Positions 1-9,498 of a stretch of 64,000 nucleotides of DNA are shown in pieces; positions within the stretch are counted from its first letter, which is position 1, and each line of letters starts with the position of its first letter. The translations under genes were made by a program, and so were the position numbers. Below the pieces are notes generated by a model. That model ran no database searches and was not told where the DNA came from. It worked only from the letters and a program-made list of their open reading frames with translations. The stretch comes from Candidatus Marinacidobacterales bacterium (lineage in GTDB: Bacteria > Acidobacteriota > Vicinamibacteria > Marinacidobacterales > DATDRI01): NCBI GenBank assembly GCA_965219415.1, contig CBDCNP010000002.1, positions 3,296,001-3,360,000 on the forward strand, written 5' to 3'.

Positions 1-75
1 GGTTTTCTTGCTCACTGGGGCGCGCAACCCGGTCTCTTCCGCACCTGAACCACTGCCCGCAGCCGCGTAGCAACA
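1..75 (+). mobile_element. Right-end segment of an IS1-family element (its TIR continues at 1521-1538 after the IS1111)
   Basis: Nearly identical to 7185-7259; cttgatggcggaagcacc resumes at 1521. Confidence 0.85.
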
Positions 76-145
76 TATCTGGACTCCTCTAGTCAAGCCC
101 CTTTCTTTCTAGTCACGCCCCTTTCTTAATAAATCTTCCATCGAA

Positions 146-358
146 GCTGCGCATCCATCGCGTCGTGACGAGTGGGTCAGACTGCAAACGTATCTTCGGC
201 CTCAGTGAGGAGCGTCTTGGGTGCTCCGGGCCATGATGGAAAATCCGCGCGCGAGGAGCCAATCACTTTGAACGACCTCTTAGGGCCAGTGTTGCTATTG
301 GCTTGACCCCGCGCCGGTCCGACCGGTACGCCATCAGTTGGATGGGTATCGTCGCAGC
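146..358 (-). ncRNA. Predicted bridge/seek RNA of IS1111 copy 1
   Basis: Closing stem gctgcg/cgcagc (353-358 with 146-151). Target loop closed by agccaat/attggct (257-303) with guides TAGCAACA and AAGTG. Donor loop (~185-245) with guides TTCCATCA and AGATA. Confidence 0.8.
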
Positions 359-405
359 CTCTTTTGGAAGGGAAAAAGGAAAACACGAAAGTGGAGCCTC
401 TAAAT

Positions 406-1437
406 CTAAGCGGCCACCGGCGACTGGAATTCACTCTCGCGGGTGGAGACGGCCCAGACGATCCGGGCGAGTTTGTTGGCGACAGCAATCACGGCCTTGT
501 TGTGTCCCCGCGAGCGGTGGACCTTCCGAGCCCAGGCGCGGAGCTTGTCGGGCGGGCTCTTGCTGACGTTCGCCGCGCGGAGCACGGCGCGCCCGCCCTG
601 GGTGAGGAGCATACGGAGGTAGGAGTCGCCACGCTTGGTGATGCGTCCGAGGCGGCGAATGTCGCCACTGGAGTTTTCCTTGGGAACTAGGCCGAGGTAG
701 CTCGAGAAGCGGCGCCCCGATGGGAAGCGGCGAAGATCGCCGACGAAGCCCACGATGGCGGTCGCGGCCAGAAGTCCGATGCCGGGAATGGCGAGAAGTC
801 GTTGGACTTCAGGAAGCTGCTTGGTGAGCGCCTTGAGCTCGTGCTCGATGCTAGCGCACTTGTCCTTGAGTTCTCGAATCTCGGAGCAGGCATCACGGAG
901 ATGCGAACGGAGCACGTCGGGCAAATCAGAATCAGCGTCTTCGACGAGTTCGAAGAGGGCGGGCACGACGAAGTGAGCGCCCTTTGGGATGATGAATCCG
1001 AGTTCGCGCAGGAGCCCGCGTACGGCATTGATGCGTGCGGTCCGTGTGGAGAGCCATCCTGAGCGCAGGCGATGGAGCGCAGCGAGGGTGTGCTGGTGCA
1101 CGGACTTGATGGGTACGGGAAGAAGCTCCTCGTTCCTGTAGGCCTCGAGCAACGCCTTCGTGTCGGCGCGGTCGTTCTTGCTCCCGCGTCGATACGGCCT
1201 CACGAGGTGAGGTGGGAGCAGGACGACGTCGTGTCCCAACCTTCGGAACGTCCTTGCCCAGAAGTGAGCCGAGCCGCAGGCTTCGAGAAGCACGGTGGCA
1301 GCGCTCTGTTTGGCAAAGAACGACACCAATTTGGGTCGACTCACACGGAGTTGCTTGGACACCTTCCCCGCTTCTCCCGAGATGGCAATCTCGAAGACGT
1401 TCTTTGCAAGATCCACAGCGATTGTCGTATCTTTCAT
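406..1437 (-). CDS. IS110-family DEDD transposase/recombinase
   Basis: AVDLAK, LLEACG and KNDRAD (DEDD RuvC-like motifs); C-terminal GLVPKENSSG with the catalytic serine; GGAGGA RBS before the ATG at 1437. Confidence 0.95.
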   Translation of the reverse strand: MKDTTIAVDLAKNVFEIAISGEAGKVSKQLRVSRPKLVSFFAKQSAATVLLEACGSAHFWARTFRRLGHDVVLLPPHLVRPYRRGSKNDRADTKALLEAYRNEELLPVPIKSVHQHTLAALHRLRSGWLSTRTARINAVRGLLRELGFIIPKGAHFVVPALFELVEDADSDLPDVLRSHLRDACSEIRELKDKCASIEHELKALTKQLPEVQRLLAIPGIGLLAATAIVGFVGDLRRFPSGRRFSSYLGLVPKENSSGDIRRLGRITKRGDSYLRMLLTQGGRAVLRAANVSKSPPDKLRAWARKVHRSRGHNKAVIAVANKLARIVWAVSTRESEFQSPVAA

Positions 1438-1538
1438 TCGGACTCCTCCTTTTCGATGCGTATTCGACTGACTTTGGCACATCGATGCCGTCTATGTCAG
1501 TGGAGGAGTCCATTCCATCACTTGATGGCGGAAGCACC

Positions 1539-1704
1539 TGCGGCGGTCGAACAACGGTGCACGGAGATGGCCCTCCAGCATGCGGATGCGGTGGGCGACG
1601 GCGGCCGGTGTGACCTGAAGTTCCTCGGCGGCGCGTACGAAGTTCTCGTGCCGTGCGGCAGCGTCGAAGAAGCGGAGGCAATCGAGCGGTGGCAGGGCCC
1701 GCAT
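1539..1704 (-). pseudogene. LysR (GcvA/AmpR-like) regulator, N-terminal HTH only
   Basis: LPPLDCLRFFDAAARHENFVRAAEELQVTPAAVAHRIRMLE...LFDR, cut at the IS1-type TIR. Confidence 0.85.
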
Positions 1705-2466
1705 GGTGCCCCACAGCATACAAGTCTATTTTGTGTTGACATAAATTGTTTTTCTCATGTTTCAGGCTCAACTTGCTGCGTTACTGCGCCCTAGCGTGCG
1801 CGATACGTGCTGGCAGACATAGTAGTAGCGGGCGTTGGGGGGTGCGTCGTCAGGGCCTGTGACTTGTGATGATGACTAATTTAAATTATGTCTATGTAGT
1901 AGAAAACTATTACTGTAAATAACTTACAGAATTGTATATATAAAGGCAACAGGATGTGTCGCCAGACTATCTGATGAGGCACATCCCTCTGGCGGGGTGG
2001 TAGGGACAGCACGATGACAAGGACATGCCAAGCAACTGGAGAAGCCGTCCTCGTCCCTCGGATTCCAAGGGCGTCTAAGCTGCTGATTTGTGGTCTATTT
2101 CAAAAGGGCCGAGTTTTGGCACAGGACGGGATGACGCGGGCGTATCGGTCATCGAATACACCCTTCAATCCGGCACCAGCCACGAAACCTGGCAGCGCAA
2201 ACAGCGAGCGGATCGACTGGGAATTTTTCACTCGGTTAGCCTATCCTAAAAATGGACCACTTTTCAGCACCTGATGAAGTACTGGATACCTTTTCCACAC
2301 AATGAGTTACACTGTTTTCCGTCAGGACTTACCCACACGAATCCGCGTAGACCCCTTATTACTAACGACTTATTCTTGTGGACCCTTAATTTCTGTCTTA
2401 GATTCTTGTTTGGTAGTCCTGCCGGTATCCTTAGATCGTTCAACTTATTAAAAAGGGGGACGTACC

Positions 2467-3680
2467 GTGGACTCGGATCCGAAACAGTCTCTCTCGGCTT
2501 CAGACCCAACTGGCTCGTGGGGCGCGCACCCAGAGCTCAAAGCCGCTAGCGCGGTCGCGCCCTTTGCCGAATCCTCTCCTGCGCCAGTGGTGCATCCGGT
2601 CGTTGCGGCGACAGCGCGCAAGAAGGCGCAGCCTAGCAAAGGCCGTATCATTGCGGTTGGCGGCGGCAAAGGCGGCGTTGGCAAGAGCATCATTACGAGC
2701 AGCGTCGGGATCTCCCTTGCACGGCACGGCAAGAAAGTGGTGGTTATCGATGCCGACCTCGGCGGAGCGAATCTCCATACTTGCTTGGGCTTGTCCACAC
2801 CGTCGCTCACGCTACGAGCAGCGTCGGGATCTCCCTTGCACGGCACGGCAAGAAAGTGGTGGTTATCGATGCCGACCTCGGCGGAGCGAATCTCCATACT
2901 TGCTTGGGCTTGTCCACACCGTCGCTCACGCTGAGCGATTTCATCAGTCGGCGCGTCGAGTCGATTGACGACGTGATTCTCGAGACTGGCGTCAAGAACC
3001 TCGGACTCATCAGCGGCGCACACGACCATCTCGCCGCGTCGAATCTGAAATATGGTCAGAAAACCCGACTCTTGTCCTGTATCGCTGCCGTGGACGCCGA
3101 TTTCGTCTTGCTCGACATCGGTGCTGGGATCTCGTTCAACATCGTCGACTTCTTTCTCATTGCGGAGCAAGGGCTCCTCGTCGCGATCCCCGAGCCGAGC
3201 TCGATCGAGAACGCCTACCGCTTCCTAAAAATGAGTTTTTACCGTCATCTGTGGCGCGCTTTGAAGTCGAGCCCGGTGCGCAAAGTAGTTGAGCAAGCGA
3301 TGGACCAAAAGAATCGCGACGGCATCCGCACGCCCATCGATCTTCTCGACGCTGTGGAGCGTCGCGACAGTGCTACCGGACGCTATCTCAAGGAGCAAGC
3401 CTTCTCGTTTCGGCCGCGGCTTCTGATCAATCAGGTCCGCTACCCCGAGGACGAGGGTCTCGGCGCGTCGATGGCCAGCGTCTGCCGTCGCCATCTCGGA
3501 ATCGCTATCGACGCCATCGGCTCGGTGCGCTTCGACGAGAGCGTTTGGAAGGCGAACCGCAAACGCAGACCTTTCATGCTCGACTTTCCCGAATCCGCAG
3601 CAGGAAGCTCCCTTGAGCGTGTGGCACAGGCTTTGATGTTCGGGCCACCCACTTTAGCGCGCACGGAGAGACGAAGTTGA
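2467..3680 (+). pseudogene. MinD/FlhG-like P-loop ATPase, frameshifted by a 119-bp tandem duplication
   Basis: GGGKGGVGKS deviant Walker A, DADLGGANL and LLDIGAG motifs; 2694-2812 is repeated at 2813-2931. Confidence 0.85.
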
Positions 3681-4372
3681 TGCTAAGACGGCTCAGCGAG
3701 CAAGACCATTATCAAGTTCTCGAGGTTTCGTACGACGCGAGCTCCGAAGAGATCCAGTCGGCCTTCGAGACGGCCCGCGACATCTACTCTCACGAAGCGC
3801 TCGTTTCCAGCTCGATTCTGTCGGACCGCGAGCGCCGTCGCACGTTCCACCGGATCTCGGAGGCGTATCAGATGCTCATTGCTGAAGAAAGCCGCCGTCT
3901 CTACGATAAGAGGCTCGGGGTTCCGGAACCGGTCGTGCGCCGGGAGCAAGGGTCGAGGTTCGCCACCGCCGACAACGTCGAGGCGACGTCCACGAATGGC
4001 GACGTCGCTCCGTCCGAGGCCCACGCTGAGCGGGAGCACGTCTCCGCCGACGATGTCGAGACGCCCGAGAAAGCGGCGGGCTCGGAGAGTTCCGTGCGCG
4101 AGTGCCCGCTACAACTCGAGACGTCCGCAGAAGCGACTGGAGCGTTTCTTAAGGCGGCGCGACAGGCGATGGGACTCGAGTTGGCAACCATCTCTAAAGA
4201 AACGAAAATCGGCTGCTCCATGCTCGGATATATCGAGAACGAGAGACTCGATCGCCTCCCGGCCGCGGTCTATTTGCGCAATTTCACCAGGCAATTTGCC
4301 CGTTGTCTCGGGCTCGACGAAGATCAGGTTTCGACGACCTACTTGGAGCGCATCCACCGCCTCCAAAGCTAA
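3677..4372 (+). CDS. J-domain-like N-terminus plus RodZ-like HTH protein
   Basis: DHYQVLEVSYDASSEEI (J-like, no HPD motif); C-terminal GAFLKAARQAMGLEL...ISKETKI...PAAVYLRNF (HTH_25-like); overlaps the ATPase stop codon. Confidence 0.75.
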   Translation: MMLRRLSEQDHYQVLEVSYDASSEEIQSAFETARDIYSHEALVSSSILSDRERRRTFHRISEAYQMLIAEESRRLYDKRLGVPEPVVRREQGSRFATADNVEATSTNGDVAPSEAHAEREHVSADDVETPEKAAGSESSVRECPLQLETSAEATGAFLKAARQAMGLELATISKETKIGCSMLGYIENERLDRLPAAVYLRNFTRQFARCLGLDEDQVSTTYLERIHRLQS

Positions 4373-4432
4373 CGCCCGATCCCGCGCTCACAAGCTGCTA
4401 TAGTTAGGAGCTTTGGACGGGAGGTCTCTCTT

Positions 4433-4784
4433 TTGCCCACGCTCTCCGTGGTGATCCCTTGCTACAACGAGGCGCTTACGATCGAGACGATCGTCGACGC
4501 GGTTTCGAAGAGTGAGATCGAGGATCTCGAGATTCTCGTGGTGGACGACTACTCGACGGACGGAACCCGCGACAAACTGCGTGAGATCCAGGAGAAACGT
4601 TCGATCGAAGTCGTGCACCACGAGCGCAACATGGGCAAAGGCGCCGCGCTCCGCACCGGGTTCGCACGCGCGACGGGCGATATCGTCATCGTTCAGGATG
4701 CCGACCTCGAATACGACCCCCGCGATTACATGAAGCTCGTTGCACCCATCCTGGAAGGCAAGGCCGATGTCGTCTTCGGTTCCC
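4433..4784 (+). pseudogene. GT2 glycosyltransferase (DPM1-like), truncated
   Basis: [29 protein letters not shown]; cut after VVFGS by a TGT-ended IS terminus at 4785. Confidence 0.9.
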
Positions 4785-5005
4785 TGTGCCTTCTATTTAT
4801 TCATCCGCGCGCCCCGAACTTGATTAACCTCCGGTCTGCCAGCATCATGCCGACATGGCCGACATGATTTCGTCGTTGGTTCCCGCTCTCATCTCTGCCT
4901 TCAAGGCTCGTCGTGAGTTAACTCTCGAAGATGTCGCCCTTCGGCAGCAGCTCGCCGTCCTCCGCTGTTCGGTGAAACGGCCGCGGCCCTCGAATGTCGA
5001 CCGCC
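4785..5005 (+). mobile_element. Left end and N-terminal remnant of an IS481-like (integrase core) element
   Basis: tgtgccttctatttattcatcc end, then ...RRELTLEDVALRQQLAVLR; related copies at 5974-6079, 18804-19038 and 27684-27779. Confidence 0.65.
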
Positions 5006-5049
5006 CAAAGGTCGGTGGCTAGGCCGCGGAACAGCTCATCGTATCAAGC

Positions 5050-5713
5050 GTCGATCAGATCCAAATCGGGGGATTTTGGAAACTGCCGGTGTTGGAGGCG
5101 CTGGTGGATGCCGCCCATCGGGCTGGCATTGGAGTGGACGCCGAGGCGCGGCACGTGAGCGCCATGCGCACCGCGGTTCGGGCCGGTGTTGACAGACTGC
5201 ACGTTGTCTTCGCAGCCAGTCCATTATCCGAGTACAGCGACGAGGACATGAGGCTACTCGTACGGGGTGCGAAGCCGGTGGCCCTGGGTCCCTCGTCGAA
5301 CATTCTCCGCGGTCCCTACTTCGTCTCTACGATGGAGATGCGCCAGTCCTACGTCCGTGTCCTGGATTTTCCAGAGATTCTGGATCACCCTCTGCTTCCG
5401 GAAGCAGTTTCCTCCAGACATTTACGATTATATGCGCCGAGGTGGGATTGTCTCCGATGGAGGCGATACAGAGCGCGACCTTACGAGGTCTTGGAGTAGT
5501 CCCCAATCCATTCCATGGGCGATCGGTGCGCGTCACGATGAATCGACGGAACTTTTGCTTGACAACCTTCATTCGCTCACCGTCAACTTCCACGTCCCGT
5601 TGCCTCAAGAACTCGCGAACTTGGTCGAACCGGCACAGATGCAGGGGGTAGACGCCGATCTAGGAACGATCGAGGTAGGGAAATTTGCCGACCTGATCGT
5701 CGTCGATGGCGAC
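5050..5713 (+). pseudogene. Amidohydrolase-family fragments
   Basis: LEALVDAAHRAG, GLSPMEAIQSAT and DLGTIEVGKFADLIVVDGDP occur in different frames. Confidence 0.7.
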
Positions 5714-5806
5714 CCGTGAGGTCAAAATACTCATGCGGCTTCCCGATGGTAGAAACGTAGCAACCCGCAAAGCCGTTCGAGGGAGCGCACCTTGCGCTCG
5801 GACTGA

Positions 5807-5973
5807 GGTGCTTGCGCTGTTTGCTGTTGGTGATGTGTACGTATCCCTTTGCAAAAAAAGCGCTTACGCTCCATTTAGCGCGCGGGGAAGGTCGCGAGCG
5901 CTATTTTGGCTGTAATTTAATGCAGCATAAAGTCTTAGCGTCATCTCACCAACACTTCAATGGCGGAAGCACC
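5807..5973 (+). mobile_element. ~166-bp MITE with IS1-type ends (family A), copy 1
   Basis: ggtgcttgcgc...gcggaagcacc; six copies in the window; ends resemble the TIRs of the 6080-7277 element. Confidence 0.85.
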
Positions 5974-6079
5974 CGTAACAGCACCCAAAACTCGCGGTCG
6001 ACATTCGAGAGCCGCGGCGGTTTCACCGAACGGCGGAGCACGGCGAGCTGCTGCCGAAGAGCGACATTCTCGAGAGCCA

Positions 6080-7277
6080 GGTGCTTCCGCAATTAAGTGT
6101 TGGCGGCCAGCCCCTAACCGGTCTGCGTGCTAGAGTTTGAACCAGAATTCCGAAGACACAGTTCTCTCATCGTCAGGGCCGAGCCAAAGTGAAGAATCGC
6201 AGATGTCTCAATCTCATGTCCGTTGCGGGGCAAAGTCAGTTCCGGAAACATCGTTCGCCACGGATTCTACCGAACCAGGTCCGGGAAACGCCGTCGATAC
6301 CGGTGCGGCGAGTGAGGAAAGACGTTCTCCTCGACGAAAGGCACGCCCTACTATCGTCTCCAACATCGAAGAGCTACTTTCGATGTGGTCATCGCTCTCA
6401 GAGTCGAGGGTGTCAGCATTTCCGCGATTTCCCGGATCAAAGGGATTGCCTGGAACACCGTCGCCCGCTGGCTCGAGAAGGCAGCCCAAGTGTGTCGTCG
6501 ACTCAATCACAGAAGGATCGCTGGCTTCGCTGCCGAAGAGCTTCAAGCCGACGAGATTCGCACGTTCGCGGGCAACAAGAAGACACCGAGTTGGGTCTTC
6601 GTTACAATCGAAGTCTGGTCTCGGCTCTGGCCATCGACGGTGACGGGAAGGCGAAGCTACCGGAACACTCACGCTCTGTTTCGCGACCTTTCGAGACGGA
6701 TGAATTTCGAGCGTCTTCCCTTGATCGTCACGGATGGATTCGAATTCTACCAGAAGGTCATCCGTCGCTTCTTCGGTCCAGCGTGTCTCTACGGCCAGGT
6801 CCTCAAAACGCGCAGGAACGATCGCATCATCAAGGTCGAACGGAGAGCGCTGCACGGAGCCGCGTGGCGATTCGAAGACGCGCTCAATAACTCCGAGGAC
6901 TCCTCGACATTGAACACGTCGTTCATCGAGCGGTTGAATCTGACCATCCGGCAAAGCTCGGCATACCTTTCGAGACGAACGCTTTCCCACGCTCGCTCGA
7001 CGGAGAGGCTCGATGAGCACCTGGAGTTGCTCCGTTGCTATTACAACTTCGTCCGACCGCACGGAGCTCTGAAGTTCGGACGTGAGATCCGAACTCCGGC
7101 TATGCAGGCCGGTCTCACCACGCGACGGCTCACCTTTCGAGACATCTTCTTGGCGACGACGATTCCTTTGTGGTCGCGGATCGAGGTTTTCCTGCTCAGT
7201 AGGGCGCGCAACCCGGTCTCTTCCGCACCTGTACCACTGCCCGCAGCCGCGTAGCAACACTTGATGGCGGAAGCACT
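6080..7277 (+). mobile_element. IS1-family element (Zn-ribbon, HTH, DDE); transposase inactivated
   Basis: TIRs ggtgcttccgcaattaagtgttg / caacacttgatggcggaagcac. Reading CPLRG...RYRCGE*GKTF has TGA at 6313-6315. DDE region 6385-7254 (ADEI, TDG, FIERLN, YYNFVRPH, TPAMQAG). Confidence 0.85.
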
Positions 7278-7597
7278 ACTTTCCCCAAAACTTAGGTCCA
7301 ACTTCAGAGTAAGAAGTTTGGCGAATTGTCCCCACCGTGGAAGCCGTGGGAAAGTAGAAAACTCGAAGAGTTTTCCAAGGTCGCAAAGCGACCGGCTGGA
7401 TGCATACCCAATCCTGTGGAAAAAGGAACGGCGCACCCCCACTTCGTGGTGAAGGTATCAGATCAAGCGGCGATCCATCAAGCGGCGACGTCGCGTCAGG
7501 CAAGACCATCGGCCAGGTGTTTATAGCGGTCGATGCGCCGTAGCCGGATTTGCCCGGGGAGGCGATGAGGCCAAAGAGCAGAGCGACGGCAGATTCC

Positions 7598-7841
7598 GGT
7601 GCTTCCGGCATCAAGTGTTGGTGGCTGCCGCGTAACCCGCTCGTGTGCTAGAGTTTGAGCCTGATTTCGAGAGACGCAGTTCTTTCGGCGATGCGGGCTG
7701 GGCTGACCACACGGTGCCTGACGTTCAGAGACACCTTCGTGTGCACGCCGACATCCTTATTGATGGCGTTCGCCGACACAGGCAGGCCAACTGACACTAG
7801 CATTCAAACACGGCGTAGCAACACTTGATGGCGGAAGCACC
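7598..7841 (+). mobile_element. 244-bp internally deleted derivative of the IS1-family element, with an empty IS1111 target
   Basis: Both TIRs present; gtagcaaCActtgatggcggaagcacc at 7815-7841. Confidence 0.75.
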
Positions 7842-7850
7842 GGATCGAGC

Positions 7851-8489
7851 ATGAAGAAACGTTCCCTCCGATACGCTGGCGACAAGGCCGTTCGCGCTCT
7901 ATTGGAACGTTATGCGTGCCCGACGTCATTCCATGTCATCCGCACACGACTCCTCGGCAACATCGCGACGCCCAGGCTCGACGCATCGCCACTCCGAGCT
8001 ATAGAGAGCTGTTGGGAAGGTGAGTTGCCGGGGTTCGACAATGTCGGCGCAGCCAGTGAGCTATTCGAGTCCCTGATGGGGCTTTGGAACGAACTGGCAA
8101 GGCATCAATCGGCAACCAAGCCATTCCGTTTGACACGGATGGAGGCTAAGCCGGATACGGATGACATTCGCCGCTTGTGCCGGACCCGCACCGAGGAGCT
8201 TGAAGGCTTCATCGACGGACTGTTCGGTGACGTGGAGCTCATGGATCTGCCCGAACGGGCCAACGAGGCTCTGGACAACCTCGGCAAGATCTATGCCATG
8301 ACCCGCGGTATCATCGATCTCCTGGAGAGAGAGTCGGCGTCAGAGAGGGACCTTAGGGGAATTCTCAAGGACGTTGGGGAGCTCTCACACATCGCAGAGA
8401 AAGAACTGCACGCAGTAATGCTTGCCTGCAAGCGCGCCCGCCAACAGACCCTTTCCACTATCGCCGTGGGCAAACCCACCGTCCATTGA
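7851..8489 (+). CDS. Hypothetical protein (212 aa) resembling accessory proteins seen beside IS66/pRiA4b loci
   Basis: Intact ORF with protein-like composition; the family resemblance is from recall only. Confidence 0.6.
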   Translation: MKKRSLRYAGDKAVRALLERYACPTSFHVIRTRLLGNIATPRLDASPLRAIESCWEGELPGFDNVGAASELFESLMGLWNELARHQSATKPFRLTRMEAKPDTDDIRRLCRTRTEELEGFIDGLFGDVELMDLPERANEALDNLGKIYAMTRGIIDLLERESASERDLRGILKDVGELSHIAEKELHAVMLACKRARQQTLSTIAVGKPTVH

Positions 8490-8910
8490 AGGGAAGTGTC
8501 ACGAGCAGCCGGAAGTAGTTCTCACCAGGGCGATGTCCCGGAAGTGGCGTCGCTCAGATGCCGATTTGTAACGTTGCCAGTGGATCAAGTTTTGGCACAG
8601 GACGGGATGTACCGGCAAGAGAGAGATTGACGATATGAAGAACAGAATGAAGGCACGAGCGACGACAGCCCTGCTAAACCTCACAATTCAATTGCCGGTC
8701 GTTCTTCTCACCGCGTACCTTACAGCCCACTTCACGGTTAGGAAAGCCCGCCACGGAGCAAGAGGAGCAGGAACAGGAATACGTAGAAAACTTGCAGGAA
8801 GCGGGTCCGTAACGAGGCAGAGCTGAATGCCAGGAGCATTCGCAGGTGGATCCCAAAACTCTTGCCTATTGCAAAGGACCTAGAGGACTTCGTCAACGAC
8901 AAAGGACTAT

Positions 8911-9060
8911 CCCGTCCTGTGCCAAAACTCGGCCCTTTTGAAATAGACCACAAATCAGCAGCTTAGACGCCCTTGGAATCCGCGCAGAATCCAGGGTATT
9001 TCGCGCCGCAGGGCTGACTTCCGACCCATGGGGCTGGCGGATGAATAAATAGAAGGCACA
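8911..9060. mobile_element. 150-bp MITE (family B/C); inverted copy at 14768-14916
   Basis: cccgtcctgtgccaaaactcggcccttttgaaatag ... gatgaataaatagaaggcaca. Confidence 0.75.
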
Positions 9061-9273
9061 GCCAAAACTCGGCCCTTTTGAAATAGGCCATAAATCAGCA
9101 GCTTAGAGTCTGTGTTTGCGACCGGGCCAAGGGCCGTAGGCTTTACAATCGTCTGGCCCGAGGGTGTTATCTTCAGATCCATGATGACGTACCACTCGCC
9201 GCCGCGAAACGGCCAATCCTGGCAGGTCTAAACCGCGGAATCAATGACGGATCGAGTTTTTGCGGAGCACAAG

Positions 9274-9438
9274 GGTGCTTGCGCTGTTTACTGTTGGTCA
9301 TATGTACGCATCCCTTTGCAAAAGCGACGCTTACGCTCCATTTAGCGCGAAGCGAAGGTCGCGAGCGCTATTTTGGCTGTAATTTAATGCAGCGTAAAGT
9401 CTTACGTCATCTCACCAACACTTAATGACGGAAGCACC
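9274..9438 (+). mobile_element. MITE family A, copy 2
   Basis: Similar to 5807-5973. Confidence 0.85.
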
Positions 9439-9498
9439 CTGCGTTTCGTTTATCGCCCAGGACAGTGACGACTGGTCTAAATGCGCCCTGGATCGCGA

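Larger units (their letters stand above)
76..1520 (-). mobile_element. IS110 family, IS1111-type element, copy 1 (1,445 bp including one CA core)
   Basis: Compared with the empty site at 7251-7276 (gtagcaaCActtgatggcggaagcac), the element is inserted at a CA core (74-75 and 1519-1520). Sub-terminal inverted repeats tggactcctc / gaggagtcca. Long non-coding region downstream of the transposase. Confidence 0.95.

Noticed and set aside
330-345. cgccatca in the IS1111 non-coding region resembles the distal target (cgccatcaag)
   Set aside because: It lies in a local hairpin (ccatc/gatgg) outside the guide loop and may be chance; not used as evidence.
177-488. 103-aa ORF repeated in each IS1111 copy, and other overlapping ORFs
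   Set aside because: It overlaps the transposase end and the structured RNA region; repetition only reflects element copies.
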